Shown: positions 1 through 10,199, counted from the stretch's first letter. The stretch is 64,000 nucleotides of DNA from Myxococcota bacterium (GCA_041687695.1 JAWLBL010000018.1:32001-96000); one strand, 5' to 3'. A program made the numbers and translations. Notes: generated by a model from the sequence alone, not told the origin.

Positions 1-1276
1 CTCGCCGGCCGACGCGCTGGCCCTGGGGCGGCTGCCGGTGGCGGCGTTCGTGCTGGACAGCGGCACGCCGACCAGCCACACGGCCATCATCGCGCGATCG
101 CTCGGCATCCCGGCGGTGGTCGGCCTGCAGAACGCGTCGGACCACATCGCCGAGGGCGACCAGATCATCGTCGACGGCGACGAGGGCGAGATCATCGTCC
201 ACCCGAGCGAGGACGAGGAGCTGCTGTACGAGCGGCGCGCGCGCCGGGCGCGGGTCTTCATGAAGACCCTGCGTCAGAACCGCGGGCAGCCGGCCGAGAC
301 GCCGGACGGGTCGCGCATGACCCTGCGGGGCAACCTGGACTTCATCGGCGAGGCCGACCGCATCCTCGAGTTCGGCGGCGAAGGGGTCGGCCTGTTCCGG
401 ACCGAGTTCCTCTTCCTCGACCGGCCGCAGCTGCCCAGCGAGGAGGAGCAGTTCCAGGTCTACGTCTCGGTGCTGCAGCGGATGAACCCGAACGTGGTCA
501 CCATCCGCACGCTGGACGTGGGGGGCGACAAGGTCCTGCCGGTCGAGCGCCTGAACGTCACCGCCTCGCCCGGCCTGCGCGCCATCCGCTACTGCCTGCA
601 CGACCAGACGCTGTTTCGCGCGCATCTGCGCGCGCTGCTGCGCGCCTCGGCCTACGGCAAGATGCGCCTGCTCATCCCGTTCATCTCGTGCATGTCCGAG
701 GTGGTCGCGGTCAAGCGCATCCTGGCGTCCGTCCGCGCCGAGCTGCTCGACGAGGGCCACCCGGTCGCCGAGCACGTCCCCCTCGGCTTCATGATCGAGG
801 TCCCCTCCGCGGCCCTCATCAGCGATCTCCTCGCCCGCGAGGCCGACTTCTTCTCGGTCGGCACCAACGACCTCATCCAGTACACGCTCGCGATCTCCCG
901 CGACGACCCGGCGCTCGACTACCTCTACCACCCGCTCGACCCGTCGATCCTGCGCGTCCTGCGCATGATCACCCGCTCGGCCCACGCCGCCGGCATCCCG
1001 GTCGCCCTGTGCGGCGAGATGGCGGGCGAGCCTCGCTACGCGCTGGTCCTGCTGGCTCTGGGCTTCACCGAGCTCAGCATGAACGCCCGCTCGATCCCGC
1101 TGGTCAAGGAGATCGTCCGCCGCACCCCGATGGCCGAGGCCATCAAGCTGCTGCAGCGCCTGATGCGCGAGAGCTCGGTCGCCGAGATCACCGACGTCGT
1201 CGATTCGTTCATGGTCGAGCGCTTCCCCGAGATCATCACGCCGCGCATCCGCGGGGCCCCGCGCCACATGCGATGA
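1..1276 (+). CDS. ptsI: Phosphoenolpyruvate-protein phosphotransferase (PTS enzyme I), 5' end truncated by the window edge
   Basis: TSHTAI phospho-His motif, GVGLFRTEFLF, IRTLDVGGDK, FSVGTNDLIQY, LCGEMAG; stop overlaps the next ATG (ATGA at 1273-1276). Confidence 0.93.
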   Translation, partial: SPADALALGRLPVAAFVLDSGTPTSHTAIIARSLGIPAVVGLQNASDHIAEGDQIIVDGDEGEIIVHPSEDEELLYERRARRARVFMKTLRQNRGQPAETPDGSRMTLRGNLDFIGEADRILEFGGEGVGLFRTEFLFLDRPQLPSEEEQFQVYVSVLQRMNPNVVTIRTLDVGGDKVLPVERLNVTASPGLRAIRYCLHDQTLFRAHLRALLRASAYGKMRLLIPFISCMSEVVAVKRILASVRAELLDEGHPVAEHVPLGFMIEVPSAALISDLLAREADFFSVGTNDLIQYTLAISRDDPALDYLYHPLDPSILRVLRMITRSAHAAGIPVALCGEMAGEPRYALVLLALGFTELSMNARSIPLVKEIVRRTPMAEAIKLLQRLMRESSVAEITDVVDSFMVERFPEIITPRIRGAPRHMR

Positions 1277-2787
1277 GCGCCGCCCCCGTGGCCCCGCCCG
1301 ACCCCCGGCCGCCGACGCCCACCGCGAACCGCATCGCCTTCTGGTTCGGCCCCCTGGCCGCGCTGGCCTGCGTCGTCGCTTCGCGCGTCGGCCTGCTCCC
1401 GGACGGGATGACCCCCGAGGCGATGGTGGTCACGGGCATCGCCGCCTGGATGGCCGCCTGGTGGATCTTCGAGGCCGTCCCCATCGCCGCGACCTCGCTG
1501 TTGCCGATGGTGGCCTTCCCGCTGCTGGGCGTCGCCCCGATGAAGGCCGTGGTGCAGCCCTACATGCACCCGTTCATCGTGCTGATGATGGCCGGCTTCA
1601 TGGCCGCGCTGGCCATCGAGCGCTGGAACCTGCACCGCCGCGTCGCCATGCACGTCCTGGCGCGCGTCGGCACCTCGCCGCCGCGCCTCGTGCTCGGGAT
1701 GATGCTGGCCATCGCCGTCATCTCGATGTGGATCTCCAACACCGCGGCCACGCTGATGCTGCTGCCCGTGGGCACGGCCCTGGTGCGCCGCGCCGAGCAG
1801 GACGCCGGCGAGACCGACCCCCGTTCGGTCCACCGCTTCGGGACCATCCTCTTTCTGGGCCTGGCCTACGCCTCCAGCCTGGGTGGCCTCGCGACGCCCA
1901 TCGGCACGCCGCCCAACCTCATCTTCATGGCGACCTACGGCCAGCAGTTCCCCGATCGCCCCGCGCTCACCTTCGTCGACTGGGTCCTGTTCGCCCTGCC
2001 CCTGGTGGTCCTCCTGCTGCCGCTGGTCTGGCTGTACCTGACCCGCGTCGTCGCCCCGCTGCCGCCCACCCTGCGCTTCGGCTCGCAGGACGTCCTGCAG
2101 CGCGAGCTGCGCGCCCTGGGCCCCATGGACCGCGACGAGCGCGCCGTCGCCCTCGTGTTCGGGGCCATGGCCCTGCTCTGGGTCACCCGCCAGGTGCGCG
2201 TGGGCGACACCCTCCTCGGCTGGGCGCCTGCGCTGGGGCTCGACGGGCTGGTCGACGACGCCACGGTCGCGGTCCTCGGCGCCGTCACGCTCTTCGTCTG
2301 GCCGTCGCGCACGCAGCCCGGCGAGCGGCTGCTCGACTGGCCGACCGCCCGCCGCATCCCCTGGGACGTGGTGCTTCTGTTCGGAGGCGGCGTCGCCCTG
2401 GCCGGCGCGTTCGAGTCCTCGGGCCTCAGCGCCTTCGTCGCCCAGCTGCTCGCCGGCCTCGCCGACCTGCCTGGCCTGCTGCTCGTCCTGGCGGTCTGCC
2501 TGGTCGTGACCTTCTTGACCGAGGTCACCTCGAACACGGCCACGGCGACCATCCTGCTGCCGGTCCTGGCCGCCTTCGCCCGGGCCGCCGAGCTCGACCC
2601 GCTGGCCGTCCTGGTCCCGGCGACCCTGTCGGCCTCTTGCGCCTTCATGTTGCCGGTCGCCACGCCGCCCAACGCCGTCGTCTACGGCACCGGCCGCGTC
2701 ACGATGCGCGAGATGGCGCGCGCCGGCGTGGCCCTGAACCTCTCGGTCGCCGTCGCGATCTCGGTCTACGCCTTCCTGGTCCTGTGA
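1273..2787 (+). CDS. SLC13/DASS family Na+:dicarboxylate/sulfate symporter
   Basis: Multiple TM helices; SMWISNTA, TPIGTPPN, TEVTSNTA, AFMLPVATPPNA motifs; ATG at 1273 coupled to ptsI stop (the longer ORF from 688 is a shadow extension). Confidence 0.9.
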   Translation: MSAAPVAPPDPRPPTPTANRIAFWFGPLAALACVVASRVGLLPDGMTPEAMVVTGIAAWMAAWWIFEAVPIAATSLLPMVAFPLLGVAPMKAVVQPYMHPFIVLMMAGFMAALAIERWNLHRRVAMHVLARVGTSPPRLVLGMMLAIAVISMWISNTAATLMLLPVGTALVRRAEQDAGETDPRSVHRFGTILFLGLAYASSLGGLATPIGTPPNLIFMATYGQQFPDRPALTFVDWVLFALPLVVLLLPLVWLYLTRVVAPLPPTLRFGSQDVLQRELRALGPMDRDERAVALVFGAMALLWVTRQVRVGDTLLGWAPALGLDGLVDDATVAVLGAVTLFVWPSRTQPGERLLDWPTARRIPWDVVLLFGGGVALAGAFESSGLSAFVAQLLAGLADLPGLLLVLAVCLVVTFLTEVTSNTATATILLPVLAAFARAAELDPLAVLVPATLSASCAFMLPVATPPNAVVYGTGRVTMREMARAGVALNLSVAVAISVYAFLVL

Positions 2788-3507
2788 CTACAGGGCTAGG
2801 CGCGCCATCACCGGCAGGTGCGTGCTGCCGACCGACGGGATCGCGGTGGCCGGGCCGACGACCTGCACCTCGTGCGAGACGAAGACGTGGTCGATGGCCC
2901 GCTCGGGCGCGCGCGCGGGGAAGGTCGGCTCGGGGTCGTCGCCGCCGGCGTTCTTCAGCGAGACCTCGAGCTGCCGCAGCACGGGGTCGTCCCAGGTCGT
3001 GCCGAAGTCACCCAGCACCAGGATGGGGCTGGCCTGGGTCTGCGCGTGCCGCAGGATGGCGGGGATCTGCGCCGCCCGGTCGACCTCGTTGACGCTCAGC
3101 TGCGTGACCAGCACGCTGACCGGCCCCTTGGGCGTCACCACCGTGCCCGACAGGATGCAGCGCTGCTCGTCTTTGCGTTTGGGCAGCCGGTGGCGCGTCC
3201 ACGGCCCCAGCGGAAAGCGCGACAGCAGCGCCACGCCCAGCCCGGGCCGGTCCTCGGCCGTCGGCGCGGGGATGCGCTCGGGCGGCGTCACCCCCGGCCG
3301 CACCGTCAGCGCCGACGCGAACCGGAAGTGGTTGAGCCCGCTCGCGCGCGCCAGCTTGGCCGCCTGGTGCCCGCCCTCGCCCTCGAGCCAGTCACACCCC
3401 ACCTCCTGGACGGCGACCACGTCGGCCTCGCCCATGAGGCCGGCGACGGTGGCCAGGTCGCTCTCGAGGCCCAGGTGGATGTTGTAGGTCATGACCGTGA
3501 ATTCCAT
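2788..3507 (-). CDS. Endonuclease/exonuclease/phosphatase (EEP) family protein with degenerate active-site motifs
   Basis: MTYNIH, VAVQEV, ALLSRFP, ILVLGDF, PTFPA, IDHVF, STHLPV follow the EEP motif order. Confidence 0.8.
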   Translation of the reverse strand: MEFTVMTYNIHLGLESDLATVAGLMGEADVVAVQEVGCDWLEGEGGHQAAKLARASGLNHFRFASALTVRPGVTPPERIPAPTAEDRPGLGVALLSRFPLGPWTRHRLPKRKDEQRCILSGTVVTPKGPVSVLVTQLSVNEVDRAAQIPAILRHAQTQASPILVLGDFGTTWDDPVLRQLEVSLKNAGGDDPEPTFPARAPERAIDHVFVSHEVQVVGPATAIPSVGSTHLPVMARLAL

Positions 3508-3639
3508 GGCCCTACGAATACCCCGGTTCGCGGCCCCGCGACAACCAGAGCAGAGCATACCGGCGCTCCCCCGTGACCGTCGTCGTCGCGGCCGGTGTGC
3601 ACCGCGTCCGTGGGCGCCTCGCCGGGACCCGCGCCGGCC

Positions 3640-5292
3640 TCAGGCCGCCTCGGAGACGCCACGGCCGGCCGCGCCCGCCCGCCCGGCGCCCGGCAGCTCG
3701 AGCACGAAGCGGGTGCCCCGCGCCCCGTCCGGCCGGGGGCTCTCGACCGCCACCTGTCCGCCGTGCTCGGTGACGATCTGCTGGGTCAGCGCCAGACCCA
3801 GGCCGGTGCCGCCGCTCTTGGCGGTCACGAACGGCTCGAACAGGCGGTCGCGCACCGACGGGTCCACCCCCGGGCCGGTGTCGTCGATGGTCACCCTGAC
3901 CCCACCCTGTCCCTCCGCGTCGCTCACGGTGAAGACCAGCCGGCGCTCGTCCGGCTGCTCGGCCATCGCCTCGACGGCGTTGCGGGCGATGTTCAGCAAG
4001 GCCTGCCGCACCTGGTCGGCGTCGGCGGGCACCGGCTCCCACCCCTGGCCCCGCTGGTCGACCAGCTCCCAGGCCACCCCCGCCGCGGCCAGCTCGCGGG
4101 TCAGGAAGGTCAGCAGCTGGCGCAGCACGTCGGCCACGTCGACCGGCGCCAGCTCGGGCCGCGGCAGGCGCGCGTAGCGCAGGTACTCCTCGGTGATGGC
4201 CTTGAGGCGCTGCACCTCGCCCTGGATGGCCTCGAGCAGGCTGCGCGCCTCGTCCGGGTCGCCGCCGTCCAGCTCCTCTTCGAGCATCTCGGCGTTCAAG
4301 CTGATGGAGCTGAGGGGGTTGCGCACCTCGTGGGTGATCTGCGCGGCCAGCTTGCCGATGGTGGCCAGGCGGTCGGCGCGCAGCAGCTCCTCGCGCTGGC
4401 GGGCCAGCTCGGCGTCGCGGGCGCGCAGCGCCTCGGCCATGGTGTTGAACTCGGCCGCGAGCTGCCCGATCTCGTCGTGCGAGGTCACCCGCACGTTCTC
4501 GTCGTAGTGGCCGGCGGCGATGCGGCGGGCGCCCTCGCGCAGGCGTCGGATGGGGCGCACCGTCAGCTGGCTGACGGCCAGCATCAGCAGCGACAGCAGC
4601 AGGGCCGCGCTGGCGATGAGGATGACGGCCAGGGTGGCGCCCTTCTCGTCGCTCTCGGCGCGCTCGTTCATCGCGCGGATGGGCAGCGCGAGGTCGCGCG
4701 AGGCCTCCATGATGGTCCGGTTGATGCGGCGCAGCGCGCGGATCATGCCGCGGGCCTCGGCCGACCCGGCGGTCAGGCGGCCCTCGTTGGCCCGCTTGAC
4801 CGTGCGCCGCGTCAGCTGTTCGAAGAGGGCGCGGCTGGTCAGCTCGGCGCCGTCGGCGCCGGTCGCCAGCTCGGGCAGGTCCTCGGAGGCGACCGCCTCG
4901 ACCAGCGCCCGCCCGGTCTCGAAGGCCTCGAGCTTGTCGACGATGCCCTCGAAGGCGCGGCGGTCGGAGGCGGCGACCTCGTCCGAGGCGGCCAGCACCT
5001 CGAGGCGCGCCCGGATGAGCGCCAGCTCCTCGAAGGGGTCCAGCGAGGGCAGCAGGCGCTGGAGCCACTGCGCGTCGGTCGAGCGCTTGAGCGTCAGGAA
5101 CTCCTCGGGGGCGCGCACGCGGCGCGTCAGCTCCTTGAGCTGCCCCGAGACGGGGATGACCTCTTGCCAGATGAGCGTGACCGACTCGCGCAGCGCGTTC
5201 ATCCGGTAGATGGTGAACGCGCACGCGGCCCCGAACGCGACGATGACGACCGCGAAGCCGAGGAAGATCTTTGTCGATACGCTGAGTTTCAA
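3640..5292 (-). CDS. Membrane sensor histidine kinase (2 TM, HAMP, HisKA, HATPase; NtrB/PilS-like)
   Basis: H-box THEVRNPL, N-box NIARNA, DTGPG, LFEPF, GTGLGL; HAMP DEIGQLAAEFNTM; TTG start at 5292 is inferred. Confidence 0.9.
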   Translation of the reverse strand: MKLSVSTKIFLGFAVVIVAFGAACAFTIYRMNALRESVTLIWQEVIPVSGQLKELTRRVRAPEEFLTLKRSTDAQWLQRLLPSLDPFEELALIRARLEVLAASDEVAASDRRAFEGIVDKLEAFETGRALVEAVASEDLPELATGADGAELTSRALFEQLTRRTVKRANEGRLTAGSAEARGMIRALRRINRTIMEASRDLALPIRAMNERAESDEKGATLAVILIASAALLLSLLMLAVSQLTVRPIRRLREGARRIAAGHYDENVRVTSHDEIGQLAAEFNTMAEALRARDAELARQREELLRADRLATIGKLAAQITHEVRNPLSSISLNAEMLEEELDGGDPDEARSLLEAIQGEVQRLKAITEEYLRYARLPRPELAPVDVADVLRQLLTFLTRELAAAGVAWELVDQRGQGWEPVPADADQVRQALLNIARNAVEAMAEQPDERRLVFTVSDAEGQGGVRVTIDDTGPGVDPSVRDRLFEPFVTAKSGGTGLGLALTQQIVTEHGGQVAVESPRPDGARGTRFVLELPGAGRAGAAGRGVSEAA

Positions 5293-5308
5293 GCGGCCTT
5301 GAGCGAGA

Positions 5309-6817
5309 TCACCCTTCGGTCGGCTTCCAGCGGATGATCGGGTTTCGGATGGCGCGGGTCTCGTCGAGGCGGCCGACCAGCGGCAGGTGCGGCGCCGTCT
5401 TGAGCTGCTCGGCATCCTCGCGGGCCGTCCGGTCGATGTCGAGCATCGCGCCGACGAAGCGGTCGAGCGTGGCCAGGCTCTCCGTCTCGGTCGGCTCGAT
5501 CATGATGGCGTTGGGCACGCAGATGGGGAAGTAGACCGTGGGCGGGTGGAAGCCGCGGTCGATGAGCCCCTTGGCGATGTCGCGGGTCTCGACGCCGGTC
5601 GCCTTGCGCTGGTTGCGGTCGGTCAGCACCACCTCGTGCATGCAGGTGCGATCGTGCACGACGTGGTAGGCCTCGGACAGGCGCACGCGCAGGTAGTTGG
5701 CGTTCAGGACCGCCATGTCCGTCGCCTCGGCCAGCCCCTCGCGGCCCAGCTCGCGGATGTAGGTGTAGGCGCGGACGTGCATGCCGAAGTTGCCGAAGAA
5801 CGCCTTGACGCGGCCGATGGTCTTCGGCCGGTCCAGGTTCAGGGTGAACCGGTCGCCGTCGCGCTCGACCCGCGGGACGGGCAGGTACGGCTCGAGCGCC
5901 GGCACGACGCCGACCGGGCCCGAGCCGGGGCCGCCGCCGCCGTGCGGGGTCGAGAAGGTCTTGTGGAGGTTGAAGTGCATCGCGTCGACGCCCATGTCGC
6001 CCGGGCGCGCGCGGCCGAGGAGCGAGTTGAGGTTCGCGCCGTCGCAGTACACGTAGCCGCCCTTGTCGTGGACGATGCGGGCGATCTCGGCGATGTGCGT
6101 CTCGAACAGGCCCAGCGTGTTCGGGTTCGTCACCATGATGGCGGCGACGTCCTCGTCCATGGCCGCGGCGACCGCCTCGGGCAGCACGATGCCGGTCTCG
6201 GACGACTTGATGGGCACCGTGTCGTAGCCGTTGAGCGTGCAGCTGGCCGGGTTGGTGCCGTGGGCCGTGTCGGGGATGAGGACCTTCTTGCGCGGACGCC
6301 CCTCGGTGGCCAGCAGGTGCGCGCGGATCATGTTGAGCGCGGTGAACTCGCCGTGCGCGCCGGCCGCCGGCTGGAGCGTGATGGCGGACAGGCCGGAGAT
6401 CTCGGCGAGGTAGCGCTCGAGCTCCCAGTACAGCCGCAGGGCGCCCTGCGTCCACGACTCGGGGGCCAGCGGGTGCAGGTCGGAGAACCCCGACAGGCGC
6501 GCGACGTCCTCGTTGATCTTGGGGTTGTACTTCATCGTGCACGAGCCGAGCGGGAAGAAGCCCGTGTCGATGGCGTAGTTCTGCTGGCTCAGGCGCACGA
6601 AGTGGCGGACGACCTCGGGCTCGGAGACCTCGGGCCAGGCGGGCCGCTGCTTGCGGCGCAAGCCCTGGGGGATGGCCACCTGGGCGTCCGGATCGCCCGT
6701 CACCTGCTCGACCGTGCCCGGCAGGCTGCAGCCGACGCGGCCGGGGGCCGAGGTCTCGAAGATGAGCGGCTCGCGGAAGGTCAGGCCGCTGGTGGCGAGG
6801 GGCTTGAAGTCCGACAT
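5309..6817 (-). CDS. gcvPB: Glycine dehydrogenase (decarboxylating) subunit 2
   Basis: PLGSCTMKYNP, QPAAGAHGE, AHGTNPAS, NLHKTFSTPHGGGGPG (PLP Lys), IEPTETES; GGAG RBS before ATG 6817. Confidence 0.95.
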   Translation of the reverse strand: MSDFKPLATSGLTFREPLIFETSAPGRVGCSLPGTVEQVTGDPDAQVAIPQGLRRKQRPAWPEVSEPEVVRHFVRLSQQNYAIDTGFFPLGSCTMKYNPKINEDVARLSGFSDLHPLAPESWTQGALRLYWELERYLAEISGLSAITLQPAAGAHGEFTALNMIRAHLLATEGRPRKKVLIPDTAHGTNPASCTLNGYDTVPIKSSETGIVLPEAVAAAMDEDVAAIMVTNPNTLGLFETHIAEIARIVHDKGGYVYCDGANLNSLLGRARPGDMGVDAMHFNLHKTFSTPHGGGGPGSGPVGVVPALEPYLPVPRVERDGDRFTLNLDRPKTIGRVKAFFGNFGMHVRAYTYIRELGREGLAEATDMAVLNANYLRVRLSEAYHVVHDRTCMHEVVLTDRNQRKATGVETRDIAKGLIDRGFHPPTVYFPICVPNAIMIEPTETESLATLDRFVGAMLDIDRTAREDAEQLKTAPHLPLVGRLDETRAIRNPIIRWKPTEG

Positions 6818-6857
6818 GGGAGGCTCCTGCACGGCGAAGGCGGCGGTCTCATAACAC

Positions 6858-6887
6858 GAACGCCCGCGCGGGACAGCGCGGGCGTTC
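6858..6887 (-). terminator. Probable intrinsic terminator/stem-loop downstream of the PPIase gene
   Basis: Perfect 12-bp stem GAACGCCCGCGC/GCGCGGGCGTTC with a 6-nt loop, followed on the minus strand by only a weak U-tract (GTGTTAT). Confidence 0.55.
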
Positions 6888-6920
6888 GGGGGAGATCACA
6901 TTGTCTCGGTCGCTGAGGGC

Positions 6921-8078
6921 TCAGTGCCCGTGCGAGTCGCCGCCCGGACGGCCCGGGCGCTCGCCGTGCGCGCTCGGCGGCGGCGGGTCCGCGATCATCT
7001 TCTCGATCTTGGCCTCGCGCTCGAGGTCCTGCAGGAGCTTTCGGCGCTCCTGGAAGAACTTCTTGTTCTTCAGGCTCTGCACGATCTGGTCCTTGACCTC
7101 GTCGAGGGGCTTCTTCCGCTCCTCGCGCTTGTCGGTGACCTTGATGATGTGGAAGCCGAAGCGGGTGCGGATGGGGCCCGAAACGTCGCCCGGCTTCATG
7201 TTGAAGGCCGCCTCCTCGAACTCCTTGACCATCTGGCCCTTGCCGAAGAAGCCCAGATCCCCGCCCTTGGGCGCCGAGGGACCCTCGGACGAGGCCTTGG
7301 CCAGCTCCTCGAAGTCCTTGCCGCCCTTGAGCTCCTTCTGCAGCTCCTTGATCTTGCCGAGCGCGGCCTCCTCCTGCTCCTTGGTCGGGTTCTCGGGGAG
7401 CTTGACCAGGATGTGGCTGGCCCGGACGCCGGCCTTCTCGACGTAGAACCGCTCGTTCTTGTCGTAGAAGTCCTTGGCCTCGGCCTCGTCGACGCCCAGG
7501 TTGCCCTTGGCCTCGATGAGCTTCTCGAGGGCGCGCTTTTCGTGCAGGCGCTCCTTGATCGACTCGACCGACACCCGGCCGTGGCGCAGGTAGTTCTGGA
7601 ACTGCTCGTCGGTCTGGAAGCGCTTCTTGTACTCCTCGAAGGCCGCGTCGATCTCGCCGTCCTCCACCTTGATGGACGCCTTCTCGACGGCCTGGCGGAT
7701 GAGCTCCTTCTCGATGAGGCGCTTCAAGATGTTCGACTCGATGCGCGCGAGCCGCTCGGCCGGGATCTTGGCGTTGCGCGCCGTGATCTTGTCCAGCTCG
7801 GCGTAGAACACCGCCGCGTCGATCGGCACCTCGTTCACCTTGGCCACCGGACCGGTCAGGCGCTCCTTGGCCTCGGGCGCGGCGGTCGGCGCGGTGGTCG
7901 CCGTCGGGGGCTCGGTGTGCTCGTCCGGCTTCGCCTTCGCGGTGCCCGGATCCGCCGCGGCGGCGGCCTTGGGATCGGCCTCGGCCGGCTTGGCGGCCGG
8001 CTCGGCCTTCTTTCCGCAACCGGCTACGCCGACGAGCATCGCCACCGTGCAGCCGATGGTGATGAGGGTGCGGTTCAT
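6921..8078 (-). CDS. Lipoprotein peptidyl-prolyl isomerase (SurA N-terminal + PpiC/parvulin; PrsA-like)
   Basis: Lipobox VAGC, VAKVN SurA-N motif, VRASHILVK, FEELAK, GGDLGFF, FGFHIIKV. Confidence 0.9.
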   Translation of the reverse strand: MNRTLITIGCTVAMLVGVAGCGKKAEPAAKPAEADPKAAAAADPGTAKAKPDEHTEPPTATTAPTAAPEAKERLTGPVAKVNEVPIDAAVFYAELDKITARNAKIPAERLARIESNILKRLIEKELIRQAVEKASIKVEDGEIDAAFEEYKKRFQTDEQFQNYLRHGRVSVESIKERLHEKRALEKLIEAKGNLGVDEAEAKDFYDKNERFYVEKAGVRASHILVKLPENPTKEQEEAALGKIKELQKELKGGKDFEELAKASSEGPSAPKGGDLGFFGKGQMVKEFEEAAFNMKPGDVSGPIRTRFGFHIIKVTDKREERKKPLDEVKDQIVQSLKNKKFFQERRKLLQDLEREAKIEKMIADPPPPSAHGERPGRPGGDSHGH

Positions 8079-8087
8079 GCTTGCTCC

Positions 8088-9080
8088 TTACCTGTGATCG
8101 GTTCGCGGGAGGCCGCCCTGGGCCTGCCGCCAGAGGGCGATCGGCACGTCTCCACGAGCGAAGACGAGGCCATTGAACGCCAGGAGGTCGATGAGTTCTT
8201 CCCGAAGCCCGTCCGCCCGAGGCGTCGCCGGGTCAGCCGACGTGTCGGAGCCCCGAGGGACGCCGACGGCTTGGCCGCGCAGCATCTTAGTGAGGTGCCC
8301 ACCCGTGTCAACGCACGCGCGGGACGCGTCGGCCCCGGCGAGCAGGGCTCCCACCCACCAGGCGACGTCGCCCAGCACCGTCCCGGTGACCCGGTAGCCC
8401 TCGACCAGCCCGTCCACGACCCGCTGCGCGAGGTCGGGCGCGAGCGCCGGGGGCGCGCCGAGCCGATGGCCCGACAGGACCTGGGCCAGGGATGTGAGCG
8501 TGGGGTCGACAGGGTCGTTCGCCTCCGACAGAGCCGTCGCAACAACACGCGCGCGCGTCAGAAAGTTCATCAGGTGCCCACCCGGCTGCGCGTCGACCTC
8601 CGGCAGGTGCCAGGCGTCCCGCGCCAGGAAGCGCTCGGCGGGCCCGTGTCGCGCGGCGAGGTCGGCCCAGGTCTCGGTCACCGGCCCGACCAGCGCGGCG
8701 ATCAGCGCGGCCGTCGACTCGGCGCCCCTGGCCGCCCCGACCATCCTCTGGCGGGTCGCCTCCCAGGCCTCGCGCGCCCAGACGTGGTCGGGCCCGACCG
8801 GGATCACCTCGGCCCCCGCCGCCAGCCGCTCGGTCGCCCGCGGCGTGTCCAGCCACCCACCCTCGGCCAGCGCCGTCACCCGCGCGTGGACCGCCAGCCG
8901 CGGCGCCTCGAGCGTCTGCACCAGCTGGGCGGGCCACACCGGCGCCAGCGCCAGCGCGGCCACCAAACGGGCCTCGAGGTCGTCCAGCCCGCGCCGCCGA
9001 CCCAGCGCCTCGTCGACCAGCGCCGCGGCCTCGACCCGCACCCCGGCCCGGAGCCCCGGCACCTGCGCCCGCAGCCTCAA
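8088..9080 (-). CDS. Hypothetical protein
   Basis: 330-aa ORF filling the gap between proB and the PPIase on the same strand; start overlaps the proB stop; no motif recognised. Confidence 0.55.
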   Translation of the reverse strand: MRLRAQVPGLRAGVRVEAAALVDEALGRRRGLDDLEARLVAALALAPVWPAQLVQTLEAPRLAVHARVTALAEGGWLDTPRATERLAAGAEVIPVGPDHVWAREAWEATRQRMVGAARGAESTAALIAALVGPVTETWADLAARHGPAERFLARDAWHLPEVDAQPGGHLMNFLTRARVVATALSEANDPVDPTLTSLAQVLSGHRLGAPPALAPDLAQRVVDGLVEGYRVTGTVLGDVAWWVGALLAGADASRACVDTGGHLTKMLRGQAVGVPRGSDTSADPATPRADGLREELIDLLAFNGLVFARGDVPIALWRQAQGGLPRTDHR

Positions 9081-10195
9081 CGTCCCTCGCCCTCCTCAAT
9101 GAGCACCATGTCGTTGCGGTGCACCACCGGGTCCACGCCCTCGACCTGCAGGATGTCCGCCGCCTCGGCCGTGCGACGGCCCGCGATGCGCGCCAGCTCG
9201 GCGTGCCCGTAGCCGACCAGGCCGCGCGCCAGCTCGCGCCCGTCGGGGCCGACCACGCTCACGGCGTCGCCCCGCGAGAACGGCCCCCGCGCCTCGGTCA
9301 CGCCGATGGGCAGCAGGCTGGATCCGCGCGTGCGCAGCGCCTCGGCCGCCCCGGCGTCGACCACCACCGTCCCGTGCACCTTGCTGAGAAAACCGATCCA
9401 GTGGCGCCGCCGGCCCACGCGCTTGGGCCGCGCGTGAAAGCGCGTACCGACCAGCTCGCCCGCCATGAGGCGCGTCAGCACGTCCGGCGCCGATCCGCGC
9501 GCCAGGATGAGCGGGATGCCCGCCTCGACCGCCAGGTGCGCCGCCTCGATCTTCGAGGCCATCCCGCCGGTCCCCAGCTGGCTGCCGGCGCTGCCCGCCA
9601 TCGCCCGCACGTTGGCGTCGATGGCCTCGACCTCGTGGATGGGCCGCGCGCCCGGCGTCGTCCGCGGGTCGGCGTCGCACAGCGCGTCGACGTCGCTCAG
9701 CAGGACGACCAGGTCCGCGTCCACCACCGTCGCCAGGGCCGCGGCGAGGCGGTCGTTGTCGCCGAAGCGCAGCTCCTCGGTCGCCACGGTGTCGTTCTCG
9801 TTGACGATCGGCACGGCGCCCATCGCCAGCGTCTCGAGCAGGGTGTGGCGGATGTTCAGGAAGTGGCGCCGGTGGCTGATGTCCTCGTGGGTCAGCAGGA
9901 TCTGCGCGCACGGCACGCCGAAGCGCCCGAACAGCGCCTTGTAGCGGCCCATGACGTCCGCCTGGCCGACGGCGGCCAAGGCCTGCTTGCGCGCCAGCTC
10001 GCGCGGGCGCTCGCTCAGCCCCATCGAGGCCATGCCCAGGGCGACCGCGCCGCTGGTCACGACCGCCACCTCGTGGCCGCGCTCGCGGAGCGCCTGCATC
10101 TGCAGGACCAGCCCCTCGAGCTCGGGCGCGACGACGGTCGTGCTGCCCAGCTTGACGACGATGCGCCGCGCGGCGCGGAGGTCGCGCGTGGTCAC
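9077..10195 (-). CDS. proB: Glutamate 5-kinase with PUA domain
   Basis: RIVVKLGS, VTSGAV, AAVGQ, PIVNENDTV, FGDNDRLAA, GTGGMASK, C-terminal PUA SLLPIGV...VVHRNDMV. Confidence 0.96.
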   Translation of the reverse strand: MTTRDLRAARRIVVKLGSTTVVAPELEGLVLQMQALRERGHEVAVVTSGAVALGMASMGLSERPRELARKQALAAVGQADVMGRYKALFGRFGVPCAQILLTHEDISHRRHFLNIRHTLLETLAMGAVPIVNENDTVATEELRFGDNDRLAAALATVVDADLVVLLSDVDALCDADPRTTPGARPIHEVEAIDANVRAMAGSAGSQLGTGGMASKIEAAHLAVEAGIPLILARGSAPDVLTRLMAGELVGTRFHARPKRVGRRRHWIGFLSKVHGTVVVDAGAAEALRTRGSSLLPIGVTEARGPFSRGDAVSVVGPDGRELARGLVGYGHAELARIAGRRTAEAADILQVEGVDPVVHRNDMVLIEEGEGR

Positions 10196-10199
10196 CGGG

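Noticed and set aside
6818..6920. Glycine riboswitch upstream of gcvPB
   Set aside because: The spacer is only about 100 nt, is dominated by one simple hairpin, and lacks recognisable glycine aptamer motifs.
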